The notes beneath the pieces are model-generated. The model was not told the DNA's origin. It was given only the letters and a program-made list of their open reading frames with translations, and made no database searches. The translations under genes were made by a program, and so were the position numbers. Positions 13,123 through 23,589 of a stretch of DNA of 64,000 nt are shown here, in pieces; position 1 is the first letter of the stretch, and each line of letters begins with the position of its first letter. The stretch is from NCBI GenBank assembly GCA_964019425.1, contig OZ025791.1, positions 186,001-250,000 on the forward strand, read 5' to 3'. The stretch comes from Flectonema sp. DT1601. Lineage: Eukaryota.

Positions 13123-13640
13123 CTAGTAGTTGACAGATACGAGGTAGTCCTGTTTTTATATTAAATGAATAACAGAATTTAGGAAGAACTAATAAGAAAG
13201 AAATAAATAGTTCGGCTGAGTAGTGTAAGTCTCCCAATAACAGCGACACGAAAAGATGAAATACCACAAATACAAACCTTTACTCCCTCAACAGCGATGT
13301 TGGCCTCACCCGGGGTCTGACCTTCTCCGTAGATTCCAAGAACAAGGCACTGGGTAGACTTGGCGATGCAGATACCAGCAGCTCCCTTCTTTCCGTAGTA
13401 AAGACCTTCGTCTCCGATGTGTCTAAGGGTGAAGTACTTCACACCTCCACAGGTGCATCCGTTAGCCTGGAAGTAAGCACCACTGGCCTCTCCCATTCCT
13501 CCGGCAACTCCAGCGGCTTCCTCAGCGGTGATTGGGAATCCCGCAGTCTGGGCCCAGACGGACCCGTCAATTCCGAGAAGGGCGGCATGCTGGACCTTTC
13601 CTCCGGCAACCAAGTTGTCTACATACTCTTGCCAAGACAT
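13123..13640 (-). CDS. Profilin, copy C (129 aa). Exons 13640-13278, 13149-13123
   Basis: Same protein. Intron 13150-13277 (128 nt) is at the same position. Confidence 0.95.
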
Positions 13641-14248
13641 GTTGTGAGGTGTTGGAAGTTTTCGAAGCTGACAGAATAAGTAATTATAAGTATTCACTAC
13701 TACCTTAATAACGAAACGATACTTCTTTGATAAAACTTATGCTGCCATCGAGCCAACTTGTACTGTGAAGCCAAAGAAGTATTTTGTTATAAAGAAGAAG
13801 ACAACATGAATGTTTTCAACGGACGCGTCACCACATCATTCGTGTGGATGGTGAAATCTGTTCTTATAAAAGATAAAGTTGTGCCCCAAACCCAGAGAGG
13901 AAATATCCTAAAAAAGAAAGCAAATGCCCGGAGCAAAAAAGCTGCGGACGCGCACGTGCAGCAGATCTTTGTCTGCCCTGAAGGTACGTGAGGATCACGT
14001 GCGTCTTATTTTGTTTGTATCGTACAAGAAAATGTCTGAATTTCTTTTACTTTCTGTTTTCTTTTTTAATTTTCTTTTTTTTCTTTTTCTTTTCTTTTTT
14101 ATTTTTTTTTTTTTCCTTCTTTTTGTCAGTTGTGTTATAAAGTCTCTTGCGTCGAAATAAGGAGCAGTTCCTTTACCTAACAATTGTTGAAGTAATTAGT
14201 TTGGTATATTTTTATCGATTTTGTTCTCAACTGGGCAAGCAAAAGCTT

Positions 14249-14741
14249 CTAGTAGTTGACTGAAACGAGGTAGTCCTGTTTTGAATTGAAGTCGGTTAGT
14301 AGAATAATGGATTAGTAAGTCACCGTATCAATAAAGGATTTCTATGTATCACCTGCTGACTTTTACAAAATTACAAACCTTTACTCCCTCAACAGCGATG
14401 TTGGCCTCACCCGGGGTCTGACCTTCTCCATAGATTCCAAGAACAAGGCACTGGGTAGACTTGGCGATGCAGATACCGGCAGCTCCCTTCTTTCCGTAGT
14501 AAAGACCTTCGTCTCCGATGTGTCTAAGGGTGAAGTACTTCACACCTCCACAGGTGCATCCGTTAGCCTGGAAGTAAGCACCACTGGCCTCTCCCATTCC
14601 TCCGGCAACTCCAGCGGCTTCTTCAGCGGTGATTGGGAATCCCGCAGTCTGGGCCCAGACGGACCCGTCAATTCCGAGAAGGGCGGCATGCTGGACCTTT
14701 CCTCCGGCAACCAAGTTGTCTACGTACTCTTGCCAAGACAT
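14249..14741 (-). CDS. Profilin, copy D (129 aa). Exons 14741-14379, 14275-14249
   Basis: Same protein. Intron 14276-14378 (103 nt) has a divergent sequence. Confidence 0.95.
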
Positions 14742-14932
14742 GTTGTGAGGTTAAAAGTGTTTAAAAGTCTGAAGAACATAAAATAAACTCAACAAGTACA
14801 TTAAATAATAACAAAACTGCTGTAGTAACGCTCTTTTCGATTTTACGGAAATCAGATAACGCAACGGCGGCTGATCGACGGGTTCAGTAGTTAGTGTCGG
14901 CACTTGGAATTAAAACAAGTAATTCATCAGAT

Positions 14933-16144
14933 TTATCTCTTCTGTCGTTTAATTACTGGTTTAGAACCTGTTAGTATATTATAAGATAGAGACTTCAACT
15001 CAGAGTTAGCTGCTATTAACTTGTCTCTGTAATCAGGTGGATGAGGTTGATATTGAGTAGTGTCTGGAGTACTAATAGCAACTATCCTTTTTGGCTTTAT
15101 ATTCTTTGGAGGTTTCGCAATTGTTGAAACTTGTCTCGTCTCTTTAACTGGAGTGCTAACTGGTACTTCAGGTACTTTGCTACCGAGAAATGGTGCCAGT
15201 TGTTCAAGAATTGACTTTTCCTTAGCAGAGTGCTTAAGGATGTCGAGCATCAGTTCTTCGACAGCCGACGGAGGAAGAAATTCTTTCGAGTGATCAGCTG
15301 ACGTGTCGTCATGTCTTTGATCATCACCAGCTGAGATGATAAACTGATCTTCTTCTTCATTATGAGAAGAGGTCTCCATCGCATTAATAATTTCTGAATT
15401 AGAATCGTGAATAACAACATCGTCATCGTCTTGAGTAGCAATTGGATCATCGTCAGGTAGCTCAGCTACAGAACTCCCAGTGACTGCAGGCATTCTAATT
15501 GGTGTGAATCCCGTGTGACCAGCTCTTAGTCCAGCCTCCTTGCAGGCTGCTGTAAAGGTTGCAGGTGTTGGATCCGTCACAACATCGAAGAAGGCTCCCG
15601 GACATCGCTCATCTGCTTCCCAAGTACGGCAGGTCATGAAACAGGCTGGGTTACTTAAAAAGCAAACCCAACAACAAATGTACCCACGAGTGTTGTCACA
15701 CCGCTGACCTCCTTCAATCGAAAGAGTCGCGTGTATGACATCTTGAGGAGGAGGGTCAGCAAAGTACTCTTCGTCATATGGAAGAGAGAGGGAATCCGTG
15801 CAGTAGCCTCGAATAGTAATCTTTTGCTTCACACTAGAAAGAGGGACCATCGTCATCTCATCGATGTCAAAGCAGGCCATCAGTTCTTTTTTTGTAAGGA
15901 AAGAATCCTCATGGTCTTCAAACCATGTGCCTGTCATCTCGTCACCTACTCCAACCCACCTCATTACATTTGCTTTCATAATATTATCATCATTTAGTAA
16001 ACACCACACACGGTAGTAGGCTTTCTTCTCTCCTTCTATACAAATGACGTCGTCTCCAACTCTTACTTCGACTCCCTTTTCGGTAGTCCACTTCTTGAAT
16101 ACCTCTTTACCATTATAATATTCCCTTTCATCAGAGTTTTCCAT
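14933..16144 (-). CDS. Protein with a probable N-terminal BAH domain and a basic C-terminus
   Basis: VEVRVGDDV...YYRVWCL...VMRWV...KKELMAC..DEMTMVPLSSVKQKITI fits the BAH pattern. C-terminal KRQKR is NLS-like. 403-aa ORF. Confidence 0.6.
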   Translation of the reverse strand: MENSDEREYYNGKEVFKKWTTEKGVEVRVGDDVICIEGEKKAYYRVWCLLNDDNIMKANVMRWVGVGDEMTGTWFEDHEDSFLTKKELMACFDIDEMTMVPLSSVKQKITIRGYCTDSLSLPYDEEYFADPPPQDVIHATLSIEGGQRCDNTRGYICCWVCFLSNPACFMTCRTWEADERCPGAFFDVVTDPTPATFTAACKEAGLRAGHTGFTPIRMPAVTGSSVAELPDDDPIATQDDDDVVIHDSNSEIINAMETSSHNEEEDQFIISAGDDQRHDDTSADHSKEFLPPSAVEELMLDILKHSAKEKSILEQLAPFLGSKVPEVPVSTPVKETRQVSTIAKPPKNIKPKRIVAISTPDTTQYQPHPPDYRDKLIAANSELKSLSYNILTGSKPVIKRQKR

Positions 16145-16445
16145 ATTTTGTGGTGCCTGACTGAAGTATTGAATCAGATCTCGTGAGAACTAACATAACT
16201 TTGAAATCACACGTTGACTCTCGAAGAAAGAGAGTGGGAACCATCACCCTGAGACTCACTCGATACGCTGAAGAATTAGGACTGCGAGTAGCTAGAGAAA
16301 CATGTTGGTGACAACAACAACAACAACATTAGGGTATCTCACATCCGTGTTCTATCTTATTAGCAAACCATAAACGAATTACCACATGATGAAGATCTCC
16401 GTATTGTTGTAAAGAAGGTTCACCAATCTCAAAGGAGTGGAGTAC

Positions 16446-17726
16446 TCACGCTGTCATTGCTGCCTTTAATGAACTGTAGTTGGTTCGTATTAATTTGCCA
16501 CCGAAAACAAAAACACCGTATCCAATAGCTGCTAAGACGAATCCACCCAGAAAGTGATCGAATGAGGGAAAGCTGGTCTGCTGTACATTCGGGTTCGGGG
16601 CTTGTTCTGCACTGAGGCCGGCCAGCCTCATTTGTTTGTTTTCCCTTTCTTGGTGTTGCTTTAGACGTTTATGAACTTGGTCGACTGCGTCTTGGAGATC
16701 CTTTATACGAGTCGTCATTTCTGTACTCTCCTGCTGAGGTTGAGATTGACTCTGCGGCTGGTTACCTGCCGAGGGTTTGAGTTTTTTTACTTCATCTTCA
16801 ATTCGAGTAATTCTATCAACAGTTTCGACATGATGTTCATGAGCATAAGACTCTCTGGAATGACCATTACAAAACCCACTTACTAAAGGAACAGACTTAC
16901 TCGTCACAAGACCTTCGTTATTAAGTTTAATGTGATCATTTGATTTTGAAGAAACTAATCGAAGTGAGAGTCCTTGACAGTGGTCAGGGTATGTTCTTGT
17001 AGGGCGGAGTGTTGTACAAATACCTCTTCTCCAGAATCCTTGAGTTCCAATAAGTTCGAATGACAAGTCTTCGCGAGATTTTATAAATTCATAAAAAGCT
17101 TTCACTTCATGATCTTGATACTTTGGATATCCGAAGAACTCATCAAAAACAATTACTGTTTCCGGAACTAAGAACTCAGACAACTCAATTAACGTCATAT
17201 TAGCACTGCTGTACAAGTCAGAGTCAATATGTAGTAACCCAATCGGTTCTTTTATTTCTTTAGCAAAAGGTGGAAGGGTGTCATTAAACCATCCGATGTG
17301 AAGTTTTACGTTGCTGCGAATTTTCGGTAAATCTCCCTTTAAGTATGTTTTCCCGCTTCTGGTTGTATTTAAGATTGAAATATGAAAAGTACCAGCAGGG
17401 TTCTTTATATCTCCTTGATCCCAAGACTCTGGTAATCCTTGAAAGGAATCAAAACCGTGAACTACGTGATGAGGATACCTTTCTGCAATTAGGTTTGTTG
17501 TTCGAGCAGCAAACACTCCCATCTCGACTATCGTACCCTTGCCATCCCTCAACAGCGGTAATAGTTGCTGGTGTGAAGTTGTGTACACTAATGAGCCACA
17601 TGGTAGCCTGCCTTTCTCTGTAGCCAGCAACTCATTAATTATTCCTTCCGAGAAAGTATTAACATTACCTTCGGCACCCGCTAGCAGCAGCAGCAGAAGG
17701 TACGTTGCGACAAGTGTCGCGGACAT
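16446..17726 (-). CDS. Class I SAM-dependent methyltransferase (TylF/MycF/Methyltransf_24-like) with signal peptide and C-terminal TM helix
   Basis: EMGVFAART, HGFDSFQGLPESW, GWFNDTLP, LLHIDSDLYSS and IVFDEF motifs. Hydrophobic N-terminus (LLLLLLAGAEG) and TM segment FLGGFVLAAIGYGVFVFGG. Confidence 0.8.
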   Translation of the reverse strand: MSATLVATYLLLLLLAGAEGNVNTFSEGIINELLATEKGRLPCGSLVYTTSHQQLLPLLRDGKGTIVEMGVFAARTTNLIAERYPHHVVHGFDSFQGLPESWDQGDIKNPAGTFHISILNTTRSGKTYLKGDLPKIRSNVKLHIGWFNDTLPPFAKEIKEPIGLLHIDSDLYSSANMTLIELSEFLVPETVIVFDEFFGYPKYQDHEVKAFYEFIKSREDLSFELIGTQGFWRRGICTTLRPTRTYPDHCQGLSLRLVSSKSNDHIKLNNEGLVTSKSVPLVSGFCNGHSRESYAHEHHVETVDRITRIEDEVKKLKPSAGNQPQSQSQPQQESTEMTTRIKDLQDAVDQVHKRLKQHQERENKQMRLAGLSAEQAPNPNVQQTSFPSFDHFLGGFVLAAIGYGVFVFGGKLIRTNYSSLKAAMTA

Positions 17727-18527
17727 CCTGAAATAGAAATAGATTTATCAAAACAGAAACAATATTCTAAACCATACAACAGCGATAACCGTTGGAAAGC
17801 AAATCAGATCAAACACTTTCGACTGTAAACACCACACAGTTACGAGAACTAATCCCGTGGACGGAGTACACGATTCTAATCCAACTTGCGTCCCAACTTG
17901 CGGATCCGCTGAAGTCGGTTTGGTATAAAAAATACAAACTCCTAATTCCACACAAATGATACTGAAATATCGGATCTCAACGAAAGTTACCGAAATGGAC
18001 AGCAAAATAAATAAAACTAGTACTGGCACAATATTACAACACATTCCCTCAGGTGGGGTTAGCAAGGAACTAAGCGCATCACGTCCTGGTGACATCAGTT
18101 GAGGCTAAAGGAGTATTTTCTGACTGAAGCCATCATATCCTCAACTTGAGTTGGCAAGTTTAGGATCTCGCTGCGCAAAAGTGATGTAGTTATCCTTGGG
18201 CGATGTAGGCAGTAAGCTTTAAAGAATAGCTGTCTATTCGGAAACTTTCGTGTGTGGAGCTGTCCAAGTTCAGAAACCTTTGTGTAGAATTATAGTTTTT
18301 TCCAAAAAAAAATAAACAAATAAAATTCTTGTTTAAAACACGAAAAACCAGTTTGTCCCTTTTTCAGGTGATGCGAACATCTCAGTTGACGCAGTCTTCT
18401 CCTGATATCAATTACTATAATGACATTGTAATTAAAGATGTCATTAGCGGTGCTGAATAGTTAAATTAAAATATCAATACCTTCCTTGTCTTACTTCACC
18501 AGATCCATGTAGCACTTGAGATGACTC

Positions 18528-19517
18528 TCACGAATGACATGAGGGGACTGGTTTTGTAAATCTCGTGAAGAATGTGATGATAGTATTTGCTACCTCACCA
18601 GGTTTATCTTCTTGCATAAAGTGACCAGTTCCATAAACGATACTAAGCTGAAACCTTCCTTGCATGTGAGCAATAGACAATGCTTTATCCAGTCGATCAG
18701 TTCCAGCAACGAGGAGCAACTTAGGTGCTGGTGAACTGAGAAACTGTTCACCCATACCTTCGAACCACCCTCTCCAGTAGGGTTCTGTTGGAAGGAGATT
18801 AGTTCTCCAGACATACTCGTTGTCACTAATTTGTTTAATCTGCCCGGGGATTGATGCTCTCGCAGATTCTTCATTCCTCACACCTGCTCCATTGATGCCC
18901 CAGTTTATAGCTTCTGAAACAGAATAAAACGTATCCGGCTTTCTCGCAAGTATTCCCTTCATGTGACGCAGCGATTCGAGTGCTGTTCCTTCTACGACGT
19001 CAACAACAACGCATCCGATGATTTCGATGTGCATTTGTTCGTGTTGTGCTGCCACTCTAATAGCGAGAGCACCACCTAAACTGTGACCAACAAGAAGTAC
19101 CTTCTGACCAGGTGTGTAAAGAGTTGTGAGGATTTCAATGATATCATTTGTTAGAGTTTCTGTTGACAAGTCTGAGTCGTCATCTGTTACAGTCTCCCCA
19201 TGACCTCTCATGTCGAATGTGGTTACGGGAACCTTACTTCCCATTTCCTTAGCACAGAGTCCCCAAGACATAGCAGACAGCCCGGCACCATGAATACAAA
19301 ATATCACTGCTGGGCTTCCATCTGGTCCGCTATTCCGAAAAACCTTAAACCTCTTACCGACACCAATCTCCACGTGTTGTATATCTTCAAAACAAGTTGA
19401 CTCATTCAACACTTCATAGTAGGGTAGCTTTGGTCGACCCATACCCGGTTTTGGTGGTGCTGGTGGTGGCATGGCAGCGCTATTTCTGGCTGCTTTCTTC
19501 AATAGTGAATTAGACAT
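18528..19517 (-). CDS. PPME1: Protein phosphatase methylesterase 1 (alpha/beta hydrolase)
   Basis: HGAGLSAMSW, DMRGHG, GHSLGG, DVVEGTAL, WRGWFEG, LLVAGTDRLDKALSIAHMQGRFQL, GHFMQED. Confidence 0.92.
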   Translation of the reverse strand: MSNSLLKKAARNSAAMPPPAPPKPGMGRPKLPYYEVLNESTCFEDIQHVEIGVGKRFKVFRNSGPDGSPAVIFCIHGAGLSAMSWGLCAKEMGSKVPVTTFDMRGHGETVTDDDSDLSTETLTNDIIEILTTLYTPGQKVLLVGHSLGGALAIRVAAQHEQMHIEIIGCVVVDVVEGTALESLRHMKGILARKPDTFYSVSEAINWGINGAGVRNEESARASIPGQIKQISDNEYVWRTNLLPTEPYWRGWFEGMGEQFLSSPAPKLLLVAGTDRLDKALSIAHMQGRFQLSIVYGTGHFMQEDKPGEVANTIITFFTRFTKPVPSCHS

Positions 19518-19653
19518 TTTCTGCGTGACGTATCCTTCTGCGTGAAGTAAATATAATTATAACCAAACTAGCAATTAACAATAAACCCTTGTTTAGCAAT
19601 TCGATGGCTCGAAGTTCCCACAGCTTCCGTAAGACAAGAGTGGGCTAAGAGAG

Positions 19654-21429
19654 TTATAAAGTAACGCAAGGTAAGTGCGCCAAACATTTCTTTTGCGGGA
19701 TGAAAAGAGTTGGCGGTATGAGAACCTTTGTTGTGGGGTCAATAAGAGCAAAGGACTTACAAACAGGACAAACGGTATTGGCGCTGAGACAAATTAAAAG
19801 AGCGTTGACCTGACGAGTAATGAAGTCGAGAGTCACCTGTCCCGAGTCACAAGAAGTTCTGATCATTGAATTAACTGAATGAGATAATTGTTTTAGTACG
19901 ACATGTTTAGTAATTGAAGAAGACGGATTAAACTTATCGACTGCTGCTTCTAATTGACTGTGGATGTAGAAAGACCATTCTGTTGAGAACTCTTCTGTTT
20001 TAATATCATTCGTTACTGAGATAATAAATTTCTCGTCGCATTTTATTTTCTCGACTGTCAAAGTCATCGGATTCTGTTTATCGAATGCTGCGGCCTTTAA
20101 AGGATTTCCTGCAGCTGTTTGAATTGACATTCGTCTTCTCTTTTCTGGTTCACTTCTAAAGTCGATATCTCTGTTTGTGTTTCGGATATTTGTCGCTTGT
20201 TCAGTAAGTCGAAGTCCCTTAATAATCCTTGACACTCTTCCTAACTCTGATCTGGTTATTCCTCTAAGAATCTGTCTACGACTTGCTTGAGTTCCATTAG
20301 ACTTCGATGATAGGATCCCTTCAACACAACTTTCATTAAAGTGAGTAAGAGAAGTACTTAAGTGACAGGCTAATTCTTTTAAGTATTTAAATTGCGAGTC
20401 ATCATACCTATCCAGTACAGCCTCAGCTATTCGAATGTCGAGAATCATCACGTCGGTTATTTCGACGAGTTTGTTTTCAATTTTCCCGTTTTCAGGAGAC
20501 TTCATTAAAGAAGACAACAGTTGAGCGACTTCCTTTAACATCATTTCGAGTCGATCAGCAAGTGGAGGACGGGAAGCAACTCCTAACGTTTTGTCTAAAC
20601 CCTCGACATGCTTCGTCCGTGCTCGCTCTTTTGCCTCCTCCGCTTGAATATCGCTCTGTGTTCGTTTTTGTTTCGCTAGTGACGCAGCCCGCTGCTTCTT
20701 TTCTTCTTCTTCCTTCGCTAACTTCTGCTCTTCAGATTTTTGTTTATCTTCGGCAGCTTTCCTCAGTTCCTGTTCTTGCTTCTGCTTGCCAATCTGCTCT
20801 TCTTTATCGCGCAATTCCTTTTTTTGATCCAATTGCTGTCCTTCTACTTTTTGTTGTTGTTGATGCTGTAAGATAATATTTTGAGCAGCTTTCTGATTGT
20901 ACTGCTCTGCAAACTGCGAGGGTGTTCTTCCCTTTGAGTCGCGAGCATCTACGGAGGCGGCATTCTGTAAGAGAAGTTTCACGATCTCCAAGTGTCCGAA
21001 ACCAGCTGCTATGTGGAGGGCGGTCTTTCCATCATGACCTGGTTTAGATACTGATTGCCCTTGTTTAATGCATTGACTGACTAATTGAAGATTACCTTCA
21101 AAGGACGCACGTATAATGTCATCACTTGTTGTAGTTGAGGATGGAGAAGTGCCGTGTGACTGAATTAGTTTCGCCATGTCCACTCTGCCGTACGCCTCAG
21201 CGAATGCTGCTGGTGTTCTGCCTTTGCTATCTTTTGAGTTAGCGTCGCACCCCCTTTGGTTAAGTAGTAGTTTTACTATTTCGATATTTCCATTTACAGC
21301 AGCAACGTGAAGAGCTGTCTTTCCTCCTTCTGCCTTCGTATTCACATCGACACCCGACAGCAGTATCGCTTTCACTTCATCGATCTTCCCGCTGTGAGAT
21401 GCGAATACTAACATCGTGGGATTTGACAT
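19654..21429 (-). CDS. Ankyrin-repeat, coiled-coil protein with a C-terminal CxxC...PP...HxxC (Med27-like) motif
   Basis: Two sets of ankyrin repeats (GKTALHVAA, GRTPA, GKTALHIAA), a Q/E/K-rich coil, and the C-terminus CPVCKSFALIDPTTKVLIPPTLFIPQKKCLAHLPC. Confidence 0.8.
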   Translation of the reverse strand: MSNPTMLVFASHSGKIDEVKAILLSGVDVNTKAEGGKTALHVAAVNGNIEIVKLLLNQRGCDANSKDSKGRTPAAFAEAYGRVDMAKLIQSHGTSPSSTTTSDDIIRASFEGNLQLVSQCIKQGQSVSKPGHDGKTALHIAAGFGHLEIVKLLLQNAASVDARDSKGRTPSQFAEQYNQKAAQNIILQHQQQQKVEGQQLDQKKELRDKEEQIGKQKQEQELRKAAEDKQKSEEQKLAKEEEEKKQRAASLAKQKRTQSDIQAEEAKERARTKHVEGLDKTLGVASRPPLADRLEMMLKEVAQLLSSLMKSPENGKIENKLVEITDVMILDIRIAEAVLDRYDDSQFKYLKELACHLSTSLTHFNESCVEGILSSKSNGTQASRRQILRGITRSELGRVSRIIKGLRLTEQATNIRNTNRDIDFRSEPEKRRRMSIQTAAGNPLKAAAFDKQNPMTLTVEKIKCDEKFIISVTNDIKTEEFSTEWSFYIHSQLEAAVDKFNPSSSITKHVVLKQLSHSVNSMIRTSCDSGQVTLDFITRQVNALLICLSANTVCPVCKSFALIDPTTKVLIPPTLFIPQKKCLAHLPCVTL

Positions 21430-21619
21430 TTTCTATTCTGCAATTCCCCCCCAGCAGGCTGAAGAATAAAATAAAATATCAAAGATCCCAACTCTACACA
21501 AAACATTACTACTAATGGTTAAAAGTTAAGACCAAATCACAAATAGTGTAAATGAGCAGCCGTTCGGAATGGTGGTGTCTGTTGACATCAACCAACTGAA
21601 GGTGGAGAAGAGTTGGTAT

Positions 21620-22936
21620 TTATATCCATCTCTCGAGTATCTGTGGAAAAGGTCTTCTTCCTAACTTTAGTAAATATTCCTCCATTCGAATGAGTTCATT
21701 CCAGTGAGCTGTTCGCTCACCTCTCTGAACACCTCCCAAGTTGATGAAATCAAACTGAAGAGCAATTGCAACCTGAACAGGAGCAACATCAATACAAGAT
21801 GACTCTGAAGTCTTTAAAAGAAAAAGAGAGTCAGGATGACATGAACGAAAAGCTGACATTTCAGAAAGTGTCTTAAAAGCAAACATATTCGTAACTATTA
21901 CTTCAGAACAAGATTTGTGTAACGGAGATTGATCTGTAGCTAAGAGTACACCAGTTCGTTTAATTGTTTTCCATTTCAAGACATCAGATTCCTGATAAGG
22001 ATCAACAACAACATGTATTTGATCTCCTAAACTCATCGTACTGTGTATTGAACCACTTACTGCAGACGATACTGATGTTGGATGAAATTGAACAGAAACT
22101 TTTAATCTTTGATGTGATGTTTGTTTATTCTTAAGATCAACTGATGCTGACGGGAAGACTAATTCAATCTGCTCACTTAATATTGAAATTAAATTCACGA
22201 ATTCTTCTTCAGTCATATTCGAGCGAACAATAACACCTCCTCTGCTGCCCAGATGGTGTTGACTTGCCACGATTAAGTTTTTTTTCTGCAACGCTGAAGT
22301 CATATTATTTGTAACCTTCGTTGCTAAACTGATGCCTTCCATAACTGACGAAGAGTAAACAATCAGAGAAATCTCTTTGAACAGCGGGGGAGTTATACTT
22401 CCAGATTCGTCTCGACCTTCTATAATGGTAAACACTGGAATGGGAAGACTTTTTATTTCAACTGGTGCCATGTAGTCAATAGGAGTTGCTTTATAAAATG
22501 ATGCGCAACATCTGTGTGCAGCTATTGAGATTGCCATTATCAGTTCATTTTGAAATCCTTCAATCCCGTTCAGACTTTCAAGTGTTTCATCCAATTCGAA
22601 GACTTCCTTCTTTGCAATCGCCTGTTCCAAGAAATGAACTTCTTTTTCAAAGCGGCCAATATTCTCTTGGTAGCCTCCTAGACAACAGATTCCAGAATGC
22701 TGTTCTATTTTAACAATCAGTTCTATCGCTCTGTTTCCTTCAGAGTCGATTAGTTGACATCCTTTTAGACTTTCAACTCTTCCACTTACTTCTCTTCTCA
22801 TGTTCATTTTCATCATTTTCAATGGTGCCGATGGTTGGATATCACTCAACCTGTTAAGCAAAACAACCACCGCATCTTTTGAAATTTCTGCTCTTCGTCG
22901 TTTCTTGTTCAGTTCCTTTTCAGTTTCTTCACTCAT
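21620..22936 (-). CDS. Divergent enolase-like protein (ENO4-like, probably catalytically inactive)
   Basis: QLIDSEGNRAIEL resembles the enolase EILDSRGNPTVE motif; also LPIPVFTIIEG. C-terminal LGGVQRGERTAHWNELIRMEEYL resembles [23 protein letters not shown]. The SHRS motif and catalytic Lys are not evident. Confidence 0.75.
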   Translation of the reverse strand: MSEETEKELNKKRRRAEISKDAVVVLLNRLSDIQPSAPLKMMKMNMRREVSGRVESLKGCQLIDSEGNRAIELIVKIEQHSGICCLGGYQENIGRFEKEVHFLEQAIAKKEVFELDETLESLNGIEGFQNELIMAISIAAHRCCASFYKATPIDYMAPVEIKSLPIPVFTIIEGRDESGSITPPLFKEISLIVYSSSVMEGISLATKVTNNMTSALQKKNLIVASQHHLGSRGGVIVRSNMTEEEFVNLISILSEQIELVFPSASVDLKNKQTSHQRLKVSVQFHPTSVSSAVSGSIHSTMSLGDQIHVVVDPYQESDVLKWKTIKRTGVLLATDQSPLHKSCSEVIVTNMFAFKTLSEMSAFRSCHPDSLFLLKTSESSCIDVAPVQVAIALQFDFINLGGVQRGERTAHWNELIRMEEYLLKLGRRPFPQILERWI

Positions 22937-23501
22937 AAGTGATTTCCTTTTTCTTTCCCCCTTTTTTTTTAAAAATAAAATAGTTACTATTAGTATTACT
23001 TAAATTAAAAAAAAAAAAAACACATTACATGCAGTACATCATTTTCTTGTTGATAACCTTCAAAAAAAAAAAAAGATTCAACCTGCTGACTAATAATATC
23101 ACAACAGACTTGCAGGTCTCAATATTCTTTTCTCTTTTTTTTTTTTTTTTTCTTTTCAAGTTTCTTTTCCAATTGTATCTTTCAAAATCTTATAAATTCC
23201 ATTTTTTTTTTTTTTTTTAAATTCTTTTATAAAAAGTTGTCTTCAATGGCAAATTAAGATGCAAATAATTTGAACTGCTTTACTTTAGCTTTTTTGTTCG
23301 GAGCTTTTAGTGCGATCATGATGCCGAGGAATGTTATAAAAATATATATCATCTGCCACCCATAAAAAGGATCGAATAAGGCAGAATCCAAAAAAACAAA
23401 AATAGGAGGAGGAGGGATAGTGCTTTTTATGATAAACACTTGTAAAAAATAAAAAAATAAAAAGCATTGGGGTCATTTTTCTTTTTCTCTTTTTTTTCTT
23501 C

Positions 23502-23529
23502 TTGTCATGTATGGTTGCATGAACGAAAT
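23502..23529 (-). promoter_or_regulatory. Conserved 3'UTR element of FRD copy 1 (UCAUG-N8-CAUGA stem-loop)
   Basis: TCATGTATGGT(T/G)GCATGAACG recurs at 26253 and 28825, downstream of the other two copies, in otherwise largely unrelated UTRs. Confidence 0.55.
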
Positions 23530-23589
23530 ATTTGATGGGAATGGATATAATAATAACAAAATTAGACAGCAGGAAAACCTGTCGTCATT

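Noticed and set aside
13924..14183. Poly-Phe and poly-Lys ORFs
   Set aside because: They are translations of a T/A homopolymer-rich UTR tract. Similar tracts occur near 23000, 28450, 36860, 43570, 47800 and 61930.
17748..18095. 115-aa ORF and a short direct repeat (CCAACTTGCG twice) between PME-1 and the methyltransferase
   Set aside because: No domain or codon support. Likely UTR, and the repeat is too short to interpret.
23254..23476. Short hydrophobic ORFs downstream of FRD copy 1
   Set aside because: AT-rich low-complexity 3'UTR or intergenic sequence, not conserved behind the other copies.
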